Origin: a virus
Lineage: Duplodnaviria > Caudoviricetes
Strand: one strand, 5' to 3'
Length of the DNA stretch: 64,000 bases
Virus record (IMG/VR): IMGVR_UViG_3300036985_003045
The translations under genes were made by a program, and so were the position numbers. The notes beneath the pieces were generated by a model. That model made no database searches and was not told where the DNA came from. It saw only the letters and a list, made by a program, of their open reading frames with translations. Of the stretch, positions 1 to 9,816 are shown piece after piece; the first letter of the stretch is position 1, and each line of letters opens with the position of its first letter.

Positions 1-508
1 CCGAGAAGATACGAATATCCAGAATATCTTCAACAACTTCTCTACGTTGATTAGTTTTCAACTGCATGAATGGAACAAAAGATGCTGAACCTAGAATAAC
101 TACCTGTGTAAAGGTTTTATAGTTAAGTCTAAGTATCTGTTGTTCTAAAATCTTTTGGTAATCTTTATTAGCGGCTTCTTGATTTAATAAGACATCATTA
201 CAATATATCTCAAAGATTCCTGGTTTAATACCTCGAATAACTTTATATGTCTTATTACCAATAATGAATTCACATGTTACTAATAGTTGTTTGCCATTAA
301 TAGAGTTAACTAATTGACTTAGTTTAATATCTCTGAAAGGTTTACCAAATAAACAAAATGTAATGGCATCAAGTATGGTAGATTTACCATCACCGTTTTT
401 ACCCATAATTAGAGTAGTTCTTGACTTATCTAATAAGATTTTATTTTCAACATTTCCAGTTGATAAGAAGTTTTTGTAACTGATGTACTTAAAATGTAAT
501 GTTGACAT
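1..508 (-). CDS. gp46: Recombination endonuclease ATPase subunit gp46 (Rad50/SbcC-like), truncated by the window edge; not in the ORF track
   Basis: Manual translation from ATG at 508: MSTLHFKYISYKNFLSTGN...IMGKNGDGKSTILDAITFCLFGKPFR (Walker A); ATG overlaps the gp47 stop (TAATG). Confidence 0.93.
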   Translation of the reverse strand, partial: MSTLHFKYISYKNFLSTGNVENKILLDKSRTTLIMGKNGDGKSTILDAITFCLFGKPFRDIKLSQLVNSINGKQLLVTCEFIIGNKTYKVIRGIKPGIFEIYCNDVLLNQEAANKDYQKILEQQILRLNYKTFTQVVILGSASFVPFMQLKTNQRREVVEDILDIRIFS

Positions 509-1566
509 TATGCCATATCCAAATTTACCGCTTCAGTATAAAGTGATTGAATGTAAGATTTTATCTTTGATGTTTCTACATCAGTTTCTATAGATTCAAT
601 ATAATGGTTTAAAACAGATTGAGTATCTTCTAATTTAATATCATCAGATAGTTCACCTGAAGAGAAGTCTCCAATGTCCTCAATAATTTTAATTTCATGT
701 GCACCTTTATTATATAATTTAGTCAGGAATGTATCATATTTGTAATAATCAGTTTTGTTAACTACTACAAGTTTAACATAAGTGTCTTGAATATCTATAG
801 TACTTAAGTCAATTGGTTCTTGATTTAAATCATTATATTCTAATTTGACAAATAATTTATAAGGATTCTCAATAAACTCTAAATCTCGTGTAGCAAGATC
901 AAATATATGAAATCCTTTTGGATCGGCATAATCTTGCCAAGTTATTTCGTATGGAGTTCCAAGATAAGTAATATTATTCTTTGTAGACCTATGATGATAA
1001 TGACCTGAGAAGGTTTTATCATATCGATCAAACATCAAACTTGACATTCCTCCATGTGATTCTACACCTCTATACATTTGAAATCCGCCAATCTCGAAAT
1101 GACCCATGCAAATATCAGATAGCGAACTTCTAATCTCTTCATAAGATTCTTCATAATTGTCATTACAGATCCAAGGTATCATAGCTATACTAATACCTTT
1201 GATAGAAACTGTTTGAGCATATTCTATGAGATGAATATTATCATATTCTGCCAATAGCAAATTAGGAGTGTTTGGAGATAAGGTGTTTTTAAAATATATG
1301 TCATGATTACCAATTATCATATAGACAGTTATATTTCTGTCTTTTAATTCATTAAAGAAAAATAATTTACTTTGTTCTATTACATAATTATTAGTAAATT
1401 TACGGGTATCAAATGTATCACCTAAAATAATAACTGTGTCAATATTATTTTGGTCAAGATATGGAAAGAATACCTCATTATAAAATTTACGTTGATGGTC
1501 AATTATAATTGTAGAACCTGTTCTAGCACCAAAATGTTGGTCAGTAATTAAACAAACCTTATTCAT
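508..1566 (-). CDS. gp47: Recombination endonuclease nuclease subunit gp47 (Mre11/SbcD-like)
   Basis: Metallophosphoesterase motifs ITDQHFG, LGDTFD, GNHD, GHF, FSGHYH; adjacent to gp46. Confidence 0.93.
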   Translation of the reverse strand: MNKVCLITDQHFGARTGSTIIIDHQRKFYNEVFFPYLDQNNIDTVIILGDTFDTRKFTNNYVIEQSKLFFFNELKDRNITVYMIIGNHDIYFKNTLSPNTPNLLLAEYDNIHLIEYAQTVSIKGISIAMIPWICNDNYEESYEEIRSSLSDICMGHFEIGGFQMYRGVESHGGMSSLMFDRYDKTFSGHYHHRSTKNNITYLGTPYEITWQDYADPKGFHIFDLATRDLEFIENPYKLFVKLEYNDLNQEPIDLSTIDIQDTYVKLVVVNKTDYYKYDTFLTKLYNKGAHEIKIIEDIGDFSSGELSDDIKLEDTQSVLNHYIESIETDVETSKIKSYIQSLYTEAVNLDMA

Positions 1567-1756
1567 TCAACCTCCATCCTTCGATACTAGTTTGTTCAAA
1601 CGTTTTAAGTTGACACTTACATCCTTGAGCTATTGCATACTTGATTGTATGTTCTTTTTCAGAATTTTCTATAGTTTTCCAATCTTCCCATCTTTTAGAT
1701 TCTTCATCAAATAAACGATATTGCTTTATAACTTCATTCATAATATATGCTCTCAA
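1559..1756 (-). CDS. Hypothetical protein (65 aa; may start at a downstream Met)
   Basis: Fills the gap between gp55 and gp47 on the coding strand. Confidence 0.55.
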   Translation of the reverse strand: MRAYIMNEVIKQYRLFDEESKRWEDWKTIENSEKEHTIKYAIAQGCKCQLKTFEQTSIEGWRLNE

Positions 1757-1759
1757 TAA

Positions 1760-2299
1760 TTAATTATAAAAATCTTCTAAAGGTGAGTAAACTTCTTTTT
1801 TAATCTTTTCTTTTTTAGGTTTTTCAAATGATGAACCATCAAAGTTATTATACGCTTTCATGTATTCGATATAGTTATTTGTGAAGTCTCCTTGTTCATC
1901 ATGAGCTTGTAGTTCAGTAAGATCTAAAGCATTTGAGGTAAGTAGTTTGCTTCTAATGTATACTTGTCTTTTCTCTTTTGCTATTCTACGTAGAAATGCA
2001 AAATAAACAATTTGAGTAAAATAGGAAAAAGGATTATGTGTTTTATTCTCATCGAAATTATCAATAACCTTTAAACAATTTTCGACTCCATCAAGTATCA
2101 TATCCTCTTTAAATGAATATCCATTAAAGCTTCTAAGATTGGAGAAATTAGTAGCAATCTTAAATATACATCCACCAATATATTCAGAGATTCTAGGTTT
2201 GGGAATTCCCTTTGATTCACAATCCTTAACTAAAAGGATACGTTCTTGCATAGCTACAAAGAATTCTTCATTATTAATATAATTTAGTTTCTTACTCAT
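1760..2299 (-). CDS. gp55: Late-transcription sigma factor gp55
   Basis: YINNEEF...EYIGGCIFKIATNFS...FNGYSFKEDMILDGVENC...FDENKTHNPFSYFTQIVYFAFLRRIAKEK, typical gp55 sequence. Confidence 0.93.
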   Translation of the reverse strand: MSKKLNYINNEEFFVAMQERILLVKDCESKGIPKPRISEYIGGCIFKIATNFSNLRSFNGYSFKEDMILDGVENCLKVIDNFDENKTHNPFSYFTQIVYFAFLRRIAKEKRQVYIRSKLLTSNALDLTELQAHDEQGDFTNNYIEYMKAYNNFDGSSFEKPKKEKIKKEVYSPLEDFYN

Positions 2300-2329
2300 T
2301 TCTACTCCCTCAATTTATAATATAGAACT

Positions 2330-2358
2330 ATTATATCCTATGATTGATAAAAAGTACA
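2330..2358 (-). promoter_or_regulatory. sigma70-type promoter upstream of gp55 (TGTACT-N17-TATAAT)
   Basis: Minus strand TGTACT TTTTATCAATCATAGGA TATAAT, followed by GAGGGAG SD and ATG at 2299. Confidence 0.6.
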
Positions 2359-2382
2359 TTAAAATATATTTTTATTTTACTG

Positions 2383-2429
2383 TTTACAACTGTTTACTTT
2401 TGTGATATACTGGTTATACCAGGTTTTTC
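2383..2429 (+). promoter_or_regulatory. sigma70-type promoter (TTTACA-N17-TATACT, extended TG) with overlapping CTGGT-TAT-ACCAG palindrome; copy 1 of a 38-bp repeat
   Basis: 2392-2429 identical to 45647-45684. Confidence 0.65.
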
Positions 2430-2433
2430 TAGG

Positions 2434-2796
2434 TTAATGTATTGTTTCATTAGATAGATTAATACTAATTGTTTCTAAATCATATTCCTCTTCAGGTAAT
2501 ACTAATTGACCTATTTGAACATCTATAAGACGTTTATAGTATTCAATAGTAGATTCATTTAAAGGTTTAATGATTATGACATCATCCTTCCATACTGTAA
2601 AGATTTGTTCGTCAGTAAAAGAACACCATGGAGAACCGGCTAATACTTCTTTATTTTTACCTTCAAATTCAAAGTTGACGGTTTTCATTTGGATAGGGTA
2701 CATAATTGTAAATTTATGATCATCCTCACCTATTTTTACACTTATGATGTTATCTCCATTTACAAGTTTTAAGGTAATATATTCATGCTCTAACAT
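2434..2796 (-). CDS. Conserved T4-like hypothetical protein downstream of uvsW (possible Sm-like fold)
   Basis: 120 aa, LKLVNGDNII...PW pattern; overlaps the uvsW end; synteny. Confidence 0.6.
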   Translation of the reverse strand: MLEHEYITLKLVNGDNIISVKIGEDDHKFTIMYPIQMKTVNFEFEGKNKEVLAGSPWCSFTDEQIFTVWKDDVIIIKPLNESTIEYYKRLIDVQIGQLVLPEEEYDLETISINLSNETIH

Positions 2797-4280
2797 TTTA
2801 ACTCCACTTCAACGATGTTAACTAAAAATTGTTCTGTAATATATATCTTATATCTCTCAATGCCATGGGACAAAGTAGTATTTTTCCAAGACTTCCAGTG
2901 CAAATCATCAACTAAATCAAAAAGTCGGCATTCATTTTTACCATCATTTAAACGTAAACCTCTACCTATAGATTGCAGATTTCTTATTTTAGATTTTGAA
3001 GGATGGGCAAATATAATGTTTTCTATTGATGGCATATTAGTACCTGTACTCATAGTCGCGTACGAGGCTACTATTATAGCATTATTATATTTGCTACAAA
3101 CATTTCTAATCTCTTCACGATCTTTTGTATCAACTCCGCCATGAATATAAAAGACTGGTCTATCTTGATGTACTTTATTTTTTATATCTTCATATATGAC
3201 TTTGCCATGCTTTTGTACATAGTTAAAAAGTACAAGAGTATTGCCTGTAGTAGATATTGCTAAATTTCGTATAAATTTATTTCTGACAGGATTTGTAACT
3301 AACCAATCAAGTTCTTTGGTATATTCAGTACCTTTAAACATCCTACAAGTTTCTTCATCATATTTAAGAATAAGTTGTTTGATTTTTAAATTAACTACCG
3401 AACCTTCATCCATTAATTTTTTAGTTGTAGTTACCTGATATACCGGGCCAAATAATCCTTCAAGAGTTAGTTTATTAGTTTTAGAACTTTCATCAATAGT
3501 ACCTGTAGCTCCAATTCTGTATTTGGTATTAACACATTTTTCCATAATACCTGAAATAGAAGCTGCCTTGGCAAGATGGCATTCATCAACCATAGCCACA
3601 TCAAATTGCTGATAAAAGGATTTTTGTTTTATAGTAATTAATGATTGCCATGTAGAGATAAGAACGTTTTTTGTAAAATCTTTTGTAAATCCTGAATATA
3701 GTTTTTGTACATTATGTTCAACATTAAATCCATTTGCACTTGAATAATCAGCAAAATCTGAATACATTTGCTCAACAAGCATAGTATTAGGTACTATCAG
3801 AAGTAATTTTCTATTTGCATTTAAATGCCATCTCATTATAGCATACAAAATACCGGATTTACCTGAAGCGGTAGGACTTAATAATGTTACTCTATTTCTA
3901 TTAAGCGCTTTTAAAAGAGCATCTACCTGATAATCCCTAAGCGAAATTGGTAAACCTCGCGCAGATAAGTTAAGACTGTCGGCAAACAATTGAATATCTT
4001 GGGCAGAATATGTATTTGAATTCTCTATACCCGCACTAATAGTTAATTCATAATCATTTCTATTTGCAAATTCTTTAACATATTGTAATAAACCAGCATA
4101 GAGATTTTTAGTTTGAAGATTGTATAATCTAACATACCCATCCCATATACCTGCTTTATATGCCGGCATGAACTTATAACCTGAGATTCTAAACTTAAAG
4201 AAGTCAGATAGTTCTTGTTCTATAGAAGAATCTGAAAATATTCTAATATAGACTTCATTGTGTTTTTCTATTGTAATCAT
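2790..4280 (-). CDS. uvsW: UvsW SF2 DNA/RNA helicase
   Basis: LRDYQ, SPTASGKS (Walker A), VDECH, GATGT, QSIGRGLR motifs. Confidence 0.95.
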   Translation of the reverse strand: MITIEKHNEVYIRIFSDSSIEQELSDFFKFRISGYKFMPAYKAGIWDGYVRLYNLQTKNLYAGLLQYVKEFANRNDYELTISAGIENSNTYSAQDIQLFADSLNLSARGLPISLRDYQVDALLKALNRNRVTLLSPTASGKSGILYAIMRWHLNANRKLLLIVPNTMLVEQMYSDFADYSSANGFNVEHNVQKLYSGFTKDFTKNVLISTWQSLITIKQKSFYQQFDVAMVDECHLAKAASISGIMEKCVNTKYRIGATGTIDESSKTNKLTLEGLFGPVYQVTTTKKLMDEGSVVNLKIKQLILKYDEETCRMFKGTEYTKELDWLVTNPVRNKFIRNLAISTTGNTLVLFNYVQKHGKVIYEDIKNKVHQDRPVFYIHGGVDTKDREEIRNVCSKYNNAIIVASYATMSTGTNMPSIENIIFAHPSKSKIRNLQSIGRGLRLNDGKNECRLFDLVDDLHWKSWKNTTLSHGIERYKIYITEQFLVNIVEVELKC

Positions 4281-4720
4281 TAGTTGCCAGCTAAAAACTT
4301 TTTATGTTCTAGAACTGTTTTTAATTGCCAATCTCTAGCCTTGATTTGGCCTAGGATAGATTCAAGTAGGTAATTCATAGTTTGCAAATATTCTATTTTA
4401 ACTTTCATATTATTAAGATCAGTATCTCCATCAAGAAATTGATCCATCTCATTCTTCATAGGTTTGACACCTTGCCATTGTTCCCAATTCAGTATAGATA
4501 ATTCATCTCTAGAAAGTTCACCTCGATAATACCTAAACTTAGTCTTTTTTAGAACATTATAATCATTATTATATTTTGTAACTTTAAGTTTTGCCTGCAT
4601 TAAATATCTTATATACTTAGCATGCAACTTTGGAACTCGAATGGATTCATTCGAGATATGATTGTCATCCATTACAGAATCGTCATCCCATTCTGATAAA
4701 AGTTCATCAATTGTAGCCAT
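4280..4720 (-). CDS. uvsY: Recombination mediator UvsY
   Basis: ESIRVPKLHAKY...YYRGEL...IKARDWQLK; position next to uvsW. Confidence 0.9.
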   Translation of the reverse strand: MATIDELLSEWDDDSVMDDNHISNESIRVPKLHAKYIRYLMQAKLKVTKYNNDYNVLKKTKFRYYRGELSRDELSILNWEQWQGVKPMKNEMDQFLDGDTDLNNMKVKIEYLQTMNYLLESILGQIKARDWQLKTVLEHKKFLAGN

Positions 4721-4735
4721 AATATCCTCAAAAAA

Positions 4736-5266
4736 TTATATAAATTCGTATCTACTTATTTTAAATGTTACATTCCCAACTAAATATGATACGTCTGTAT
4801 TTGTAGATAGAAAATTCATTGAACTTAAATTCAATGGTAGAATATCTATAAACTTTACAGTTTTTACCGGTAGATTATTACTTCCTAATATCTGTAAAGT
4901 AGCATCAGAATATTCTTTACTTGTTCTACTATACCCTGTATCTTGTAAATTAATAAAATCAGTAAATTGATTATTATCTTCTGGAAAACCAAGTCCTATC
5001 ATCCAATCATATACAGCAATATAATTACTCATATTTTGATCTATAATAAACTGTATATTTAGATCTTCAAATGAAAGTATTTCCCCACTAAATGGCAAAG
5101 CCGATAAAGGAGTGTTTACTTCAAATGTTGGTAAAGACATACCTGGAAGAGTAACTTCTTGACAAAAGAATGATACTTCCGGTAATTTTGAAATAGAAAA
5201 ATTAAACCCATTACTTGATAGTGGATTTATATTTGTTGGAAACGGACATGTAGTTGTTATTGCCAT
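4736..5266 (-). CDS. gp3: Tail tube terminator / tail completion protein gp3
   Basis: NPLSSNGFNFSISKLPEVSFFCQEVTLPG...FEDLNIQFIIDQNMSNY...DWMIGLG; follows gp23. Confidence 0.85.
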   Translation of the reverse strand: MAITTTCPFPTNINPLSSNGFNFSISKLPEVSFFCQEVTLPGMSLPTFEVNTPLSALPFSGEILSFEDLNIQFIIDQNMSNYIAVYDWMIGLGFPEDNNQFTDFINLQDTGYSRTSKEYSDATLQILGSNNLPVKTVKFIDILPLNLSSMNFLSTNTDVSYLVGNVTFKISRYEFI

Positions 5267-5282
5267 TATAGTACCTCTGATC

Positions 5283-5290
5283 TATTTATA
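5283..5290 (-). promoter_or_regulatory. T4-type late promoter TATAAATA (gp3)
   Basis: Exact consensus just upstream of gp3. Confidence 0.8.
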
Positions 5291-5295
5291 ACAAT

Positions 5296-5321
5296 AAAAA
5301 AAGGAGTCCGAAGACTCCTTT
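5296..5321 (-). terminator. Rho-independent terminator after gp23 with cUUCGg tetraloop
   Basis: Minus strand AAGGAGTC-TTCG-GACTCCTTTTTTT. Confidence 0.92.
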
Positions 5322-5348
5322 CTTATCAAACGTATTTAAAACTAAAAC

Positions 5349-6752
5349 TTACATTAAGTTAGTAACTTTAACGATTCTGTAATAGTAATTTTTACGTGCT
5401 GTCATTGAATTGTCAGCATTTGAAGTAGCAGACATTGAAGCGTCATCAATATCAACCATTGGGTTAGCAACCATACCGTAACGAGTTTTAAAACCAATTT
5501 TAGGTTGGAAAGTTTGTGGATCAACCGCACGAACCATTTGCAATGGAACATATGGGCAATAGAACAAACCTGCATCAAATGCAGAAGTACCTTTATAACC
5601 TACAGTAAAGAATTGTAGACCTGCACCAGAAGGATTGTTACCACCTGTGTAAGGATCAACATAAACTTTATATTTGCCGTTTAAGATACCAGCAAAAGTA
5701 GTAGATGCTTCATCAACATTCAAACCAGTAGAAAGAGCAGGAGCATAATCTAATACACCAGCCATTGCTAAAGCAGAAGCAACATCTGAAGAACAGATGA
5801 TGAAGTTACCACGTCCACGACGTGTTTGTTGAGCGATAGCGTTAGCTTCTCTTTCAATTTGGAACAACAAACCTTTGAATTTTTCAACTGACCAACGACC
5901 ATTAGAGTCAACGTCAAGATCAAAAATACCAGCAGTAGCAGTACCAACAGCAGCACCTTGTTTAGCAACAGTGTAGATAGTACGAATTACTTCACGGTTG
6001 ATTTCAGCAAGAATTTCAGTAGAAAGAATTTTGCTCAATTCGCCTTCAGCGTCAAGACCATGAACTGATTTCAAGTCTTGTGCTAATTCGATAGAGTATT
6101 CAGCTTTCAATGCACGAGTTTTAGCAACAACTGAAGTTTTTTCAATTGAGAATGCCATTTCAGGAAATGCTTCACCTGAAGTAGAACCTAAAATTTCAGC
6201 ATTAGCAGTAGACAAACCTAAACCAGTTTGGTATGTACCAGTTGATAAACCAGTAGCGCCGGTAGGATCAGTACCAGTAGCGCCTGAAGTACCAGTAAAG
6301 CTAGTGTTAGCTTCGTTAAACAATGCTTCTGTTCCACTTGGACTAGTGTAACGAGATTTCATTGCAAAAATCAAACCAGTTGGTTGAGTCATTGGTTGAA
6401 CACCAGCAACATCATATGCAATCAACTGAGGCATAGCACGACGTACTAAGTTAATCAACACAGGATCAAAACCAGCTACACCACCAGTACCAGCAGCGCC
6501 AGCATTGTATGTACCAGTACCAGTAGTATTGACACCATAGTTGCCACCACCACCAATGTTAGTAGAAACTCCGCCTGTACCAGCTTCGAAAAGCATACCG
6601 TTAGCTTGGCTAGCAGCATTCATTTCACGTTGTTGGTTTTCTAGGATAACTGCTAAGTCACCACGACGAGTATAGTCTTTAATTGCAGGAGCGCCATCAG
6701 CGTCAATTACAGGAGCCCATTTTTCTAAAAGGGCAGAACGATTTAATTCCAT
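5349..6752 (-). CDS. gp23: Major capsid protein gp23
   Basis: FDPVLINLVRRAMPQLIAYDVAGVQPMTQPTGLIFAM, KTRALKAEYSIELAQDLK, FYCPYVPLQM, FQPKIGFKTRYG. Confidence 0.98.
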   Translation of the reverse strand: MELNRSALLEKWAPVIDADGAPAIKDYTRRGDLAVILENQQREMNAASQANGMLFEAGTGGVSTNIGGGGNYGVNTTGTGTYNAGAAGTGGVAGFDPVLINLVRRAMPQLIAYDVAGVQPMTQPTGLIFAMKSRYTSPSGTEALFNEANTSFTGTSGATGTDPTGATGLSTGTYQTGLGLSTANAEILGSTSGEAFPEMAFSIEKTSVVAKTRALKAEYSIELAQDLKSVHGLDAEGELSKILSTEILAEINREVIRTIYTVAKQGAAVGTATAGIFDLDVDSNGRWSVEKFKGLLFQIEREANAIAQQTRRGRGNFIICSSDVASALAMAGVLDYAPALSTGLNVDEASTTFAGILNGKYKVYVDPYTGGNNPSGAGLQFFTVGYKGTSAFDAGLFYCPYVPLQMVRAVDPQTFQPKIGFKTRYGMVANPMVDIDDASMSATSNADNSMTARKNYYYRIVKVTNLM

Positions 6753-6778
6753 CTTAAGTTTCCTTATTTTTATTAAAA

Positions 6779-7879
6779 TTATTGGTTATATTGTTGTAAT
6801 GCTTTAGCATACGCAGCAACAGTAGGATCAACATTAACATATTTGTTTTCTTTGATTTCATCTACTGGAGAATCAGTAACAAAAGATTCTACCAAAGCGC
6901 TTTGTTTGCCTGTGAAATAGTTTTCACGAATTGTTTGTACTTTTACTTTAAATGTATCTTCAGCATCATAAGATAATTCTTCTACTAATGCAATAAATTT
7001 TTCAGTTTCTGTATCAGTCAAACCTTCGCTAACCATACTTACAATTTCTTTACGAACTGATTCAGAAAGTGATTTCTTCAAATCAATATTTCTTTCAACT
7101 TGTTCATTTAACTTAGACTCTAGTACATCAATCTTAGTTTCCATTTCACCGATAACGTCGTACTTTTCTTCAGGAACATCAATATAATGTTCTTCAAAAA
7201 GGCCTTTCATACCAGTAATAAAGGATTCCATGATGTCAGACTTAAGTCCATTTTCAAGGGCTATTTCATTCTGTTCTATCCACTGCTCAACAACATAGTC
7301 GAGGTAACCATCAATTTTTTCAACCAGACCCTCAGTAATTGAATCTACTTGCTCAGCAAGTTTTTCTTCAAATTCTTCTTCTAAACGTGCAACTTCTTCT
7401 TTAACACGTACAACCACAGCAGACTCGAAAATAGTCGCTGCTTTTACTCTAAACTCTTCAGATAAAGATTCACCAAACATTAAAGCATCTACATCGGCAG
7501 AAACGTCAACTTGGACATCAAATTCTTCTTTAGTTAGTTTGTCAGTTGCTTTAGAGATGCCTTTTTGTCTTTTGTCTATCTTTCTTCCATGATATGCTGC
7601 ATTAGCAATATCACTCTTTTCTAAAGAACCTACCATATTAATTCCATGAGAAGCAAGTTTGCCAGATGCTTTCTTAACATAAGAACCTAAAGTCGCTTTT
7701 GATAATTCAAACAGTGCTTGTTCATCTTCATCTAAAGAATCAAATTCTTCTTCAGTGATGAAATCTTCATCTAATTCTTCAGTGATGAAATCTTCATCTA
7801 ATTCTTCTTCGTTTTCTAAAACTAATCCTGCCAATTTGGATTCTTCCATAATCTCAGCGATTTTGCTATCAATAGACAT
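6779..7879 (-). CDS. gp22: Prohead core scaffold gp22 with an extra basic module at aa ~56-120
   Basis: LSEEFRVKAATIFESAV, VEKIDGYLDYVVEQW...NEIALENGLK; acidic; between gp21 and gp23. Confidence 0.9.
   Translation of the reverse strand: MSIDSKIAEIMEESKLAGLVLENEEELDEDFITEELDEDFITEEEFDSLDEDEQALFELSKATLGSYVKKASGKLASHGINMVGSLEKSDIANAAYHGRKIDKRQKGISKATDKLTKEEFDVQVDVSADVDALMFGESLSEEFRVKAATIFESAVVVRVKEEVARLEEEFEEKLAEQVDSITEGLVEKIDGYLDYVVEQWIEQNEIALENGLKSDIMESFITGMKGLFEEHYIDVPEEKYDVIGEMETKIDVLESKLNEQVERNIDLKKSLSESVRKEIVSMVSEGLTDTETEKFIALVEELSYDAEDTFKVKVQTIRENYFTGKQSALVESFVTDSPVDEIKENKYVNVDPTVAAYAKALQQYNQ
7748..7807. repeat. 27-bp perfect tandem duplication in gp22 (EELDEDFIT x2)
   Basis: ttcttcagtgatgaaatcttcatctaa at 7748-7774 and 7775-7801, plus a partial third copy. 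Confidence 0.9.
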
Positions 7880-7909
7880 TTATATACTCCTAATTTTGAT
7901 ATATCTTAT

Positions 7910-7917
7910 TATTTATA
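7910..7917 (-). promoter_or_regulatory. Late promoter TATAAATA (gp22-gp23)
   Basis: Exact consensus in the gp21-gp22 intergenic region. Confidence 0.8.
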
Positions 7918-7929
7918 AAAATTAAACTT

Positions 7930-8580
7930 TTACTTAATGTTACGTAAAAAGTGTTGAAAGGCAAGTATTTTTTGCTCTTCTAAATTAATTGATGTTGCTT
8001 TTGTTATTGTTCTTCTAGCTTCATCAACATGTTTCTCAAACTTTCCATCAACATAAACCCAAGATGCACCTTCCATGATTCCTTGAACCCAAGCATCTGG
8101 AGCAGATGGATCACTTACTAAATCGCCTGCAGTACTTAACATAAAATCATTTTGTACTACATTAACACCTTCATTGTTCATTTTTAATGAACCTAAAGCG
8201 CGACTTGACGTACCAATTCTTCCACCACCTTTAAGAATACCTTCGGCAATTCTGCCCATAGGAGTATCAAGAATCTTTGCCTTTCCAATCCAATTATTAC
8301 CTTCTTTTCTTAAGTTAGTAATTAGATGTGAAATTCTGTCAAGATTAATTGAAGGCGATTCAGGATGTCCTAATTCGCCAAATGCAGAATTCTTTTCTAC
8401 TTTTTCTTTAATATATCGTTGAACTTCATTATCCATAATTGATTCTGGATACATTCTTCCATTACGATTCTTGATATTTGATTGAAGAAATACTCCTTCT
8501 ACATAAAGTTGTTTACCTTTACCCAGTTTTTCCTCTACAATCATATTTAATGATTCGTTAACTTCCCTAATTAGTTTCAT
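7930..8580 (-). CDS. gp21: Prohead protease gp21
   Basis: VEGVFLQSNIKNRNGRMYP, GELGHP, LDTPMG, SSRALGS, DLVSDPSAPDA. Confidence 0.96.
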   Translation of the reverse strand: MKLIREVNESLNMIVEEKLGKGKQLYVEGVFLQSNIKNRNGRMYPESIMDNEVQRYIKEKVEKNSAFGELGHPESPSINLDRISHLITNLRKEGNNWIGKAKILDTPMGRIAEGILKGGGRIGTSSRALGSLKMNNEGVNVVQNDFMLSTAGDLVSDPSAPDAWVQGIMEGASWVYVDGKFEKHVDEARRTITKATSINLEEQKILAFQHFLRNIK

Positions 8581-8581
8581 A

Positions 8582-9256
8582 TTAACTTCCGTATACTAAT
8601 TCGTTATCAAGAGCACCAAATTGAGTGGTCTCTATTTTGCCATAATAACCTGAATTCTTTCTAACTTTAATCCAAATTTCGCCTTGGACTGCCGCAGCAA
8701 GTTTATCTACAATAGTAACACTGATAGGATATGTTGCATTGATATTATCAGGTGGGAAATAAGTACCCATCATATCAATAAGGTTACCATTATCTGCAAG
8801 AGGAGTAACAATACGAATACCATTTCTATCTACTTTATATATAGCACCAGGTTCGCCTGCCCATTGCACAGCAGTAATAGAAACAGATGGAGTACCAATT
8901 ATAACTTGTGTAGCATATTGAATTTTATAAGTAGTACCTGCTATAGCTACAGCACCATTTGCAGATAATACAGCATTAGTTGCATCAGTAACTGAAGTGA
9001 TAAGACCAACATAAACACCGGCACTAGTATATACTTTAGCATTGACATGAACATTAGTATCAAAACTTGTTCCTACACCAACAATTGATGTAGCACCTGT
9101 ACCTATTGTTACAGTTCCTGCACCAACAATAATATTGGCATAAGGTAACAAATCTGTCGTTAAATTTATTATAGATGCTGCAGTATCTGAACCTGCAATT
9201 TTAATAATTGCCTCAGTTTCTGATGCTTTAATAATGGTTTTTGTTAATGCTGCCAT
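8582..9256 (-). CDS. Hypothetical head-cluster protein with an inserted beta-rich module
   Basis: 224 aa, in operon between the gp68-like gene and gp21. Confidence 0.6.
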   Translation of the reverse strand: MAALTKTIIKASETEAIIKIAGSDTAASIINLTTDLLPYANIIVGAGTVTIGTGATSIVGVGTSFDTNVHVNAKVYTSAGVYVGLITSVTDATNAVLSANGAVAIAGTTYKIQYATQVIIGTPSVSITAVQWAGEPGAIYKVDRNGIRIVTPLADNGNLIDMMGTYFPPDNINATYPISVTIVDKLAAAVQGEIWIKVRKNSGYYGKIETTQFGALDNELVYGS

Positions 9257-9258
9257 CT

Positions 9259-9816
9259 TTATTCCTTAATGATTACATCGAGTATTTTTAGGAAGTTATC
9301 CGAACTTTCTTTCATGAACTCGACAACCTCTACTTTATTTTCTAGTAAGTTATTTATATCTTGTTGGGTTTGAATATCTATTGCAATAACTGATTCATCT
9401 TCTAGAATGTAATGTATTTTACCATTAATAATAGAATCAAATTCATTCATTTCACGAATATTAGAAACAACTGGATCAATAGAAAAGGATTTGTCAGAAG
9501 CTATTTTAATATACTGTTCGACTATTTTATTCGTGACTTTGATATTATGTTCTTCTTTAATTATGTCGGCAATTTTTAATATATTTTCAGAAAAGAATTC
9601 TTCATGTAAATTATTGATAATATCTTTTGCTTGCTCTGAATATTTAATATAATTTTTTGCTTCTGACAAATTTTTAAATTGAGTTACTTCATTATTAATT
9701 AGTATATTATTATCATTAGTTCTCTGAATAGTATTACCAAAGTAATGGGCACACTCCTGTATACCCATACCTGATACCGTTTCTTTTAACTTTTTAGAAA
9801 ACTGTGAATAATACAT
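9259..9816 (-). CDS. Putative prohead core protein (gp68-like position)
   Basis: Synteny between the gp67-like gene and gp21; sequence not clearly recognised. Confidence 0.45.
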   Translation of the reverse strand: MYYSQFSKKLKETVSGMGIQECAHYFGNTIQRTNDNNILINNEVTQFKNLSEAKNYIKYSEQAKDIINNLHEEFFSENILKIADIIKEEHNIKVTNKIVEQYIKIASDKSFSIDPVVSNIREMNEFDSIINGKIHYILEDESVIAIDIQTQQDINNLLENKVEVVEFMKESSDNFLKILDVIIKE

